A stretch of 64,000 bases of DNA from Octopus vulgaris (Eukaryota): NCBI GenBank assembly GCA_951406725.2, contig OX597836.1, positions 18,662,001-18,726,000 on the forward strand, written 5' to 3'. Numbering within the stretch: the first letter of the stretch is position 1; each line of letters opens with the position of its first letter. Of this stretch, positions 56,401-64,000 are shown one piece after another. A program made the translations under genes and the position numbers. A model generated the notes under the pieces. That model was not told the DNA's origin, did not search any database, and saw only the letters and a list, made by a program, of their open reading frames with translations.

Positions 56401-56559
56401 CAAGTATATATATATATATATACTGTGGTTGAATATTCTTTGTGTCAACATGTTTCTCCTTGCAACAATGTAGCCTTTAATCTAATCAAGATATCCTTGG
56501 ACTGAAGAGTAACCGGCGATATACACCTCACTTGGATTTTACCACTTCTGAGGTTCCAC

Positions 56560-56880
56560 TCTCCGTGAAACATATGTAGCCCGGATTTTTGCTACTCCTA
56601 TATTTTTCCTACTCTTGTATTCTTTTCCGCACACTCGGCAACCCAGCTGCAGCTTTTCATATGGAATTTTAGGCCCTCCCAAATCGTCTTGGAAAATATG
56701 ATATACACAAGTTAAACCCTCTGACATGATACGCAGTGTTTTCCGGCATACCAGCCGGCGTAGTATTTACTGAAAACGTGCGAACATTCAAACATAGCAC
56801 TTCTTTCTCCACATCGTTCTTCGATGAAGAAAAATAATCTGCGGCCTTCCGTCTCAATAAACCATAATTGTTCCTCAAAG
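56560..56880 (-). pseudogene. Possible decayed piggyBac-type transposase C-terminus
   Basis: SYFP..., then in another frame LGCRVCGKEYKSRK, resembling the HFP...CRVC..RK start of the piggyBac cysteine-rich domain; weak. Confidence 0.35.
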
Positions 56881-56975
56881 CTGTTTTTTTTTTTTTATAT
56901 TTACTACGGATTGCGCGAAGCTAACTTTCTTCCTACACCTCGATCCCTGGATCTTACACACACACACACACATAA

Positions 56976-57024
<49 letters not shown>

Positions 57025-57136
57025 CACATATGTATATATTCATGTGTACATACATGTATATACACCATTATACACCATGTTTCTATATACATACATTTCT
57101 TTCTTTCTATTTTCACACACATACACACACACACAC

Positions 57137-57548
<412 letters not shown>

Positions 57549-59129
57549 TATATAATCGTCGTGGACAGGCAAAATTTCGATCATGTGTTAGGTTCCATCA
57601 GCACCTGAGTTCAAATATCTACTGGTATATTGTGCTATGAGCACTTAATTACTAAGAACTTTAGTATATACTGGGTCGATTCATTTGCTTATATTTGGGC
57701 ACATAGTATACTTTGCATTTGACCACAAAAATCCTGTATATCAAAATACGATGCTTACATCTGTCCATTAAAGTGTCAGCTTTAATCTGCAGATTGTGTC
57801 TAATGTGCTAAAATAATTGCATATGTTGAAGCTGCACATTCTCAACACACTAGTAATATACACTTGCATGTATATATACATGCATGTGTATACATAGGCA
57901 TGTATGTATGTATATACATACATGCGTATATTTAATAGTTTCAGTCATTGGACTGCGGTCATTATGGGATACCAACTTGTATATATGTGTGTTTGTGTGC
58001 GTGTGTGTGTGTGTGGTGTGTGTGTGTATGGTGTGTGTGTGTGGTGTGTGTATGGTGTGTGTGTGTGTGGTGTGTGTTTGTGTGTGTGTGTGTGTGGTGT
58101 GTGTGTGTGTGTATGTATGTGCACACACTCCTACACACATCCCCTACACACACAGACTCATTAACAGCGTATGTGTTTGTGTACGTGAGACAGAGAGAGA
58201 GAGAGAGAGAGGGGGGGAGAAAGGAAAAGATAAAGAAAGAATAAAAGAGATGAAATATGTAGAAGAAAAGAAATTACTCGGAAGTCTCTTTGTTTCATTT
58301 TTCATTTTTCTTTTTCTTTTCCTTTTTCTTTTTCTTTTCTTTTTCTTTTTCTTTTTCCAAAACATCTGAACTTTATATAAGATTCATTATAGACACCGGA
58401 ATCTATTTTGGTAAACACCATCGCATCATTTTTTTTTTTTACAAACTTACAAACAACCACACACACATACACACGCACACACGCACACACACACACACAC
58501 ACACACATGCACACAAATACACTTCTGTCTACAAACACAACCCCACTTTTGTTTTTTATTATTTAACTGATACCGTGATCAGTTCGATTTTGGTGAGTGG
58601 GAGTGCAATGTGGAGTGGTGGGATTAAATATTGAAAATAACCATTGATCTGTCTGCTGTGTCCAAGAGATTTTGATGTTTTTGTTTGTTTTTATTGCTAT
58701 AATTATTTTGTGTTTTCTATTGTTGTCTTTTGTTTTTGTTTTTTTGCTTTTCCCCCGTCCAAATCGATACGATATCCGATTGACCGATACTTGTCGATTT
58801 CGAGGTGAAGTTAGGAGGGGGCTTGGACTTGTTTTTTTTTTTCTTTTTTATTCTACCATATAAATCATTCCTTTGTAGGTATATAGGGAGAGAGTGGGGG
58901 AAGGGAGGTTGGTAGAATCAAGTGACACCTTGCGCATGCGTTGTCTTACCGCTGTTCCCTATGCAGGGAGAACAAAGAAGGAAGGAATATGCTTTCATCT
59001 CCGATTTATTTCTTCATTCCCCGCCACCATCACCACAGGGTCCAACTGTGTGTAGCCAATAAGAAAGAGGGAGAGGAAGAGAGTGAGAAAGACGGAAAGA
59101 GAGGAGGAGACTGATAGATAGAGTTTGTG

Positions 59130-59360
59130 AGGCGGCGAGCTGGCAGAAACGTTAGCACGCCGGGCGAAATGCTTAGCGGTATTTCGTCTGTCGTTACGTT
59201 CTGAGTTCAAATTCCGCCGAGGTCGACTTTGCCTTTCATCCTTTCGGGGTCAATAAATAAAATACCAGTTTCGCACTGAATCAATGTAATCGACTTAATC
59301 CGTTTGTCTGTCCTTGTTTGTCCCCCCTCTATGTTTAGCCCCTTGTGGGCAATAAAGAAA
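59130..59360 (+). mobile_element. SINE family D, full length
   Basis: ggcggcgagctggcagaaacgttagcacgccgggcg... Confidence 0.92.
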
Positions 59361-59376
59361 CAGATATATAGAGTTT

Positions 59377-59770
59377 GCGCAGGCGTGGCTGTTTGGTTAA
59401 GAAGCTTGCTTCCGATCCATGTGGTATTGGGTTCAGTCCCACTGCACACCATCATAGGGCAAGTATCTTCTATTATAGTCCCAGGAAAATCAAGCCTTGT
59501 GAATGGATTTGCTCCGTCGTACATAAGTGCGTGTGTGCCTCTGTCTGCGTGTCTCTTTGTTTATGCGTGTGAGTGTTTGTTTGTCCGCTATCACTGCTTC
59601 ACAACCGATATTGGTTGGTTTATAATCCTGTAACTTTGAGGGTCAGTAAAACAGACCGATAGAGTAAGTGCCAGACTTGCAAATAAGTCCTGTGGGTCGT
59701 TTGTTCGACTAAACCATTCAAGGAGGTACCTCAGCATCGCCGAAATCTGATAACCGAAGCAAATAAAAGA
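59377..59770 (+). mobile_element. Diverged SINE family B
   Basis: gcgcaggcgtggctgtttggttaag...gggcaagtatcttct...aagcaaataaaaga. Confidence 0.8.
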
Positions 59771-59960
59771 TATATTGTAGTCTGATCAATACATATCCGG
59801 ACTGTTACCATAGGTTGATAATTGGCAATTTTACAACCTAACAATACTGGTGCTGATTACCACACAGTCACGCTTGTGTCTATGTTAGAATTGAGTCCTT
59901 TGTGAGTCGTAAGGTTTTGGAACAAGTTGATTGAACCATGACGGCCAGAAAGAGAGGAAC

Positions 59961-60715
<755 letters not shown>

Positions 60716-61363
60716 ACTAGTTAAGTAAATCGATAGAATGGAAATATAAGAGCGACGAAAGGTGGAATTAAAAAAGAACAATAATAATGAATAATAATAA
60801 TAATAATAATAAATTTTATCTTTTAATTTTTATTTTATTTTATTTTATTTTTATTTTAATGAATTGACAGGAGATTTGAAGTTTAACATTTTCAATATAC
60901 GAGAACGAGGCATGATTATTCTTTTCGAGGCTACTTGAAGTCATTACGAGGCTTGGTATTCATTAGTGGAGATTGTCTTAAACGTCGGCAGATATCTCCT
61001 TCAGTTTAATAGAAAGTGAATATAGATTGATATCGCATTTCAAAAGCCATTAGGATAGAAACACAAGAGGCTTGCATCGATGTAAGTTGAAATGCTAGGC
61101 ACCACCACCACCACCACCACCACCACTAACATCCCGCACACACATACATACACACATACACACACTCTTTCCACGTCACAACACCATCTCAAAGTGTTAC
61201 TACCAACAACAGCAGCAACATTAACAGGAAGAACGTTATTGCCATCCCCGCTATTGCCATCCACCGGCTATTGTAATCACTACTCGCCACTGCTCACACG
61301 AAAACAAAAGGATTCACTATGATTTTATATTAAGCCGCCCACCTTTTCCACTAAGTCGAACAT

Positions 61364-61429
<66 letters not shown>

Positions 61430-61448
61430 GTTAGATAGATAGATAGAA

Positions 61449-61480
<32 letters not shown>

Positions 61481-61499
61481 GTATATAAATATATATATG

Positions 61500-61622
<123 letters not shown>

Positions 61623-61713
61623 GTACGTACAGTGCTAAGCTAACGCATATATATGTATACACGTACATACTAATACATATGTCTGTATATAAATCTGAAT
61701 ACACGTACACGTG

Positions 61714-61772
<59 letters not shown>

Positions 61773-61914
61773 ATATATAAACACACACATATATATATAT
61801 AATTGCTCACAAATACATAGATATATCCTCAAGCAAACTGTCTGAGTTGTATACGCTCTCCATTGTGCGCGCACTCAAAACCAATTTACACACCCAACAC
61901 TTAACAACCATCTA

Positions 61915-61997
<83 letters not shown>

Positions 61998-62411
61998 GAT
62001 GAATCATACATGTACGCACATATATGCGCATACATACTTATATGTGTGTATGTGTACATGTCTTGTAATTTACGTATGCATATATATATGCGTCACGAGT
62101 GGTCGGCCATCATCATATATATATATATATATATGCATTTAAAGATACATTTGGATATAATTATACTCTCATACACACTCACATATACAGGCATGTATGT
62201 TATTCAGACTTACACGATACCCATACGTTCACTCAAACTTTCATGACTGGAAACGCCACCCAGCGGCGTTTTATCGGCTTTAACACGATATGTCAACTTG
62301 TACAGAAAAGACCTACTTAACTTTTATATAACCATTTATGCTGAAGTCATCTTTACTTAGTTTTTCTCTTCTATTATTCAATTTTTACTCGTCAATATTA
62401 TATTTCGGCTT

Positions 62412-62610
62412 AAGGCGGTGAGGTGAGAGAGTCGTCAACACGTCGGGCAAAATGCTTAGTGACATTCCGTCGAACTTTACGTTCCGAGTCCAAATGCCGC
62501 CGAGGTCGACTTAGCCTTTCATCTTTTATGGGTTCAGTACTGGGGTCGATGTGATCGACTTAGCCCCTTCTCCGAAACTACTGGTGTTGTGCCAATATGT
62601 AAAACCAATA
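62412..62610 (+). mobile_element. Diverged SINE family D with alternative tail; inverted D fragment at ~62790-62854
   Basis: gccgaggtcgacttagcctttcatc...tgtgccaatatgtaaaacca. Confidence 0.75.
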
Positions 62611-62950
62611 TTATATTTCAGGGACCAGGGTGTTGAAGCACGTGATGACAAGATGGATAAGTGGAAGCCGGAATATATGAGTTGTAGTATTTAGTTTCAG
62701 GTGTCTAGGCCTAGATTTCGATAACCACCCAAGTCGTCTTTGACTTATTCTGCCGAGTGGTGCGGACAAAGAGGGTAGTAATTTTCTATACTCAGAACGT
62801 AACGACAGACGAAATACCGCTAAGCATCTCGCCCGGCGTGCTAACGTTTCTGCCATGTATATATATGTATATGTACATATATGTATGTATACGTATATAT
62901 GTATATGCATGTATGTATATATGTATATACGTACATACACACACACACGC

Positions 62951-63087
<137 letters not shown>

Positions 63088-63239
63088 TGTATCAACCAGA
63101 ATATCTGTTGTTGTTATACACTGCTGGTCACAATGCACTTTCTCACATTGTTGTATCTTTTAAATGACCCCCACCCCGCTGCCTAGGTGAGCAGGCCAAC
63201 ATCCCCTCCCCCCATGAAAGGAATGCCAGCAGCCCATTG

Positions 63240-63376
63240 CAGCTTACCTATTTACAGCTGAGAGATCTGGAGTAACCCGAAATACGGTGCTTTGCTCATG
63301 AAAATAACGCACAACCTGTCTGGGAAACGAAACCTCGGTCGCATGACTGCGGGTAAAACGCGTTCACAGGCTAGCC
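63240..63376 (-). mobile_element. Highly diverged tRNA/CORE-type SINE fragment
   Basis: cagctgag...ctggagtaacccgaaatacggtgctttgctcatg resembles 4722-4770. Confidence 0.5.
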
Positions 63377-63594
63377 AGGTAGACAAACAGACAGACCGAT
63401 ACATTTTAAAAGGGTTTGCAAAATACTTGATACTGTCACACTATAAGAGGACAGATTTTCTACCTCATACCACATGTGTTTAAAACGAAAGTGTTCCTTC
63501 ACACATAAGGAAAATTTCATTCTAAAACGTTCGTGTCATTCTCGTTTCCTAAGAGATTATTCGAAATAACTAATAACATTTAAAGAAATCTTCC

Positions 63595-63641
<47 letters not shown>

Positions 63642-63824
63642 ATATAGGCAGAGGTGTGTGTGTGTGGATATACAGAAATGTGTAAAAAGTAATTATAGGA
63701 GTCGTATAACAATGACTTTTTCAATGCGTTTCTATTCGTGATGGCGGCCGTCGGCCCGAAATAATCAGTTAAGGAAATGGAATTTAAGGCTTTTCTTACA
63801 ACATATATGTGTGTATGTATATGA

Positions 63825-63893
<69 letters not shown>

Positions 63894-64000
63894 TGTCTGT
63901 GTAACTCGTCCTGTTCAAAAGGTGGTATTATATGTTATATGAAAAGTAATTTTCAAGTGATAATTATTATTGTTTTGCTGTCTTATAACCTCAACTCTCT

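Overview
AT-rich, extremely microsatellite-dense metazoan non-coding DNA. The SINE families and repeat landscape suggest an octopus or other coleoid cephalopod (inference). I found no host protein-coding exon, and nearly all ORFs in the track are translations of simple repeats. The only real protein signal is decayed transposon sequence: an R4/Dong-type RLE LINE (about 7870-9300), a Tx1/L1 ORF2 piece (38104-38413), two Helitron Rep/helicase remnants (25439-26370, 47195-48200) and a possible piggyBac C-terminus. The window also holds several tRNA-derived SINE families with swapped body and tail modules (labelled A, B, D and CORE-type here), non-autonomous Helitrons and two MITEs. The most interesting signal is a set of about 200-bp non-coding elements, embedded in (TA)n or (ATC)n tracts, each carrying a minimal type I hammerhead-ribozyme fold with a palindromic helix III, as in Penelope-like pseudo-LTRs and retrozymes. 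Four different families show non-canonical catalytic cores: a fixed A6U in 8 copies, a G3-C8 swap, and U3-A8 swaps. One copy pair forms a tandem dimer with predicted cleavage sites 247 nt apart. Coordinates of degraded repeats are approximate.
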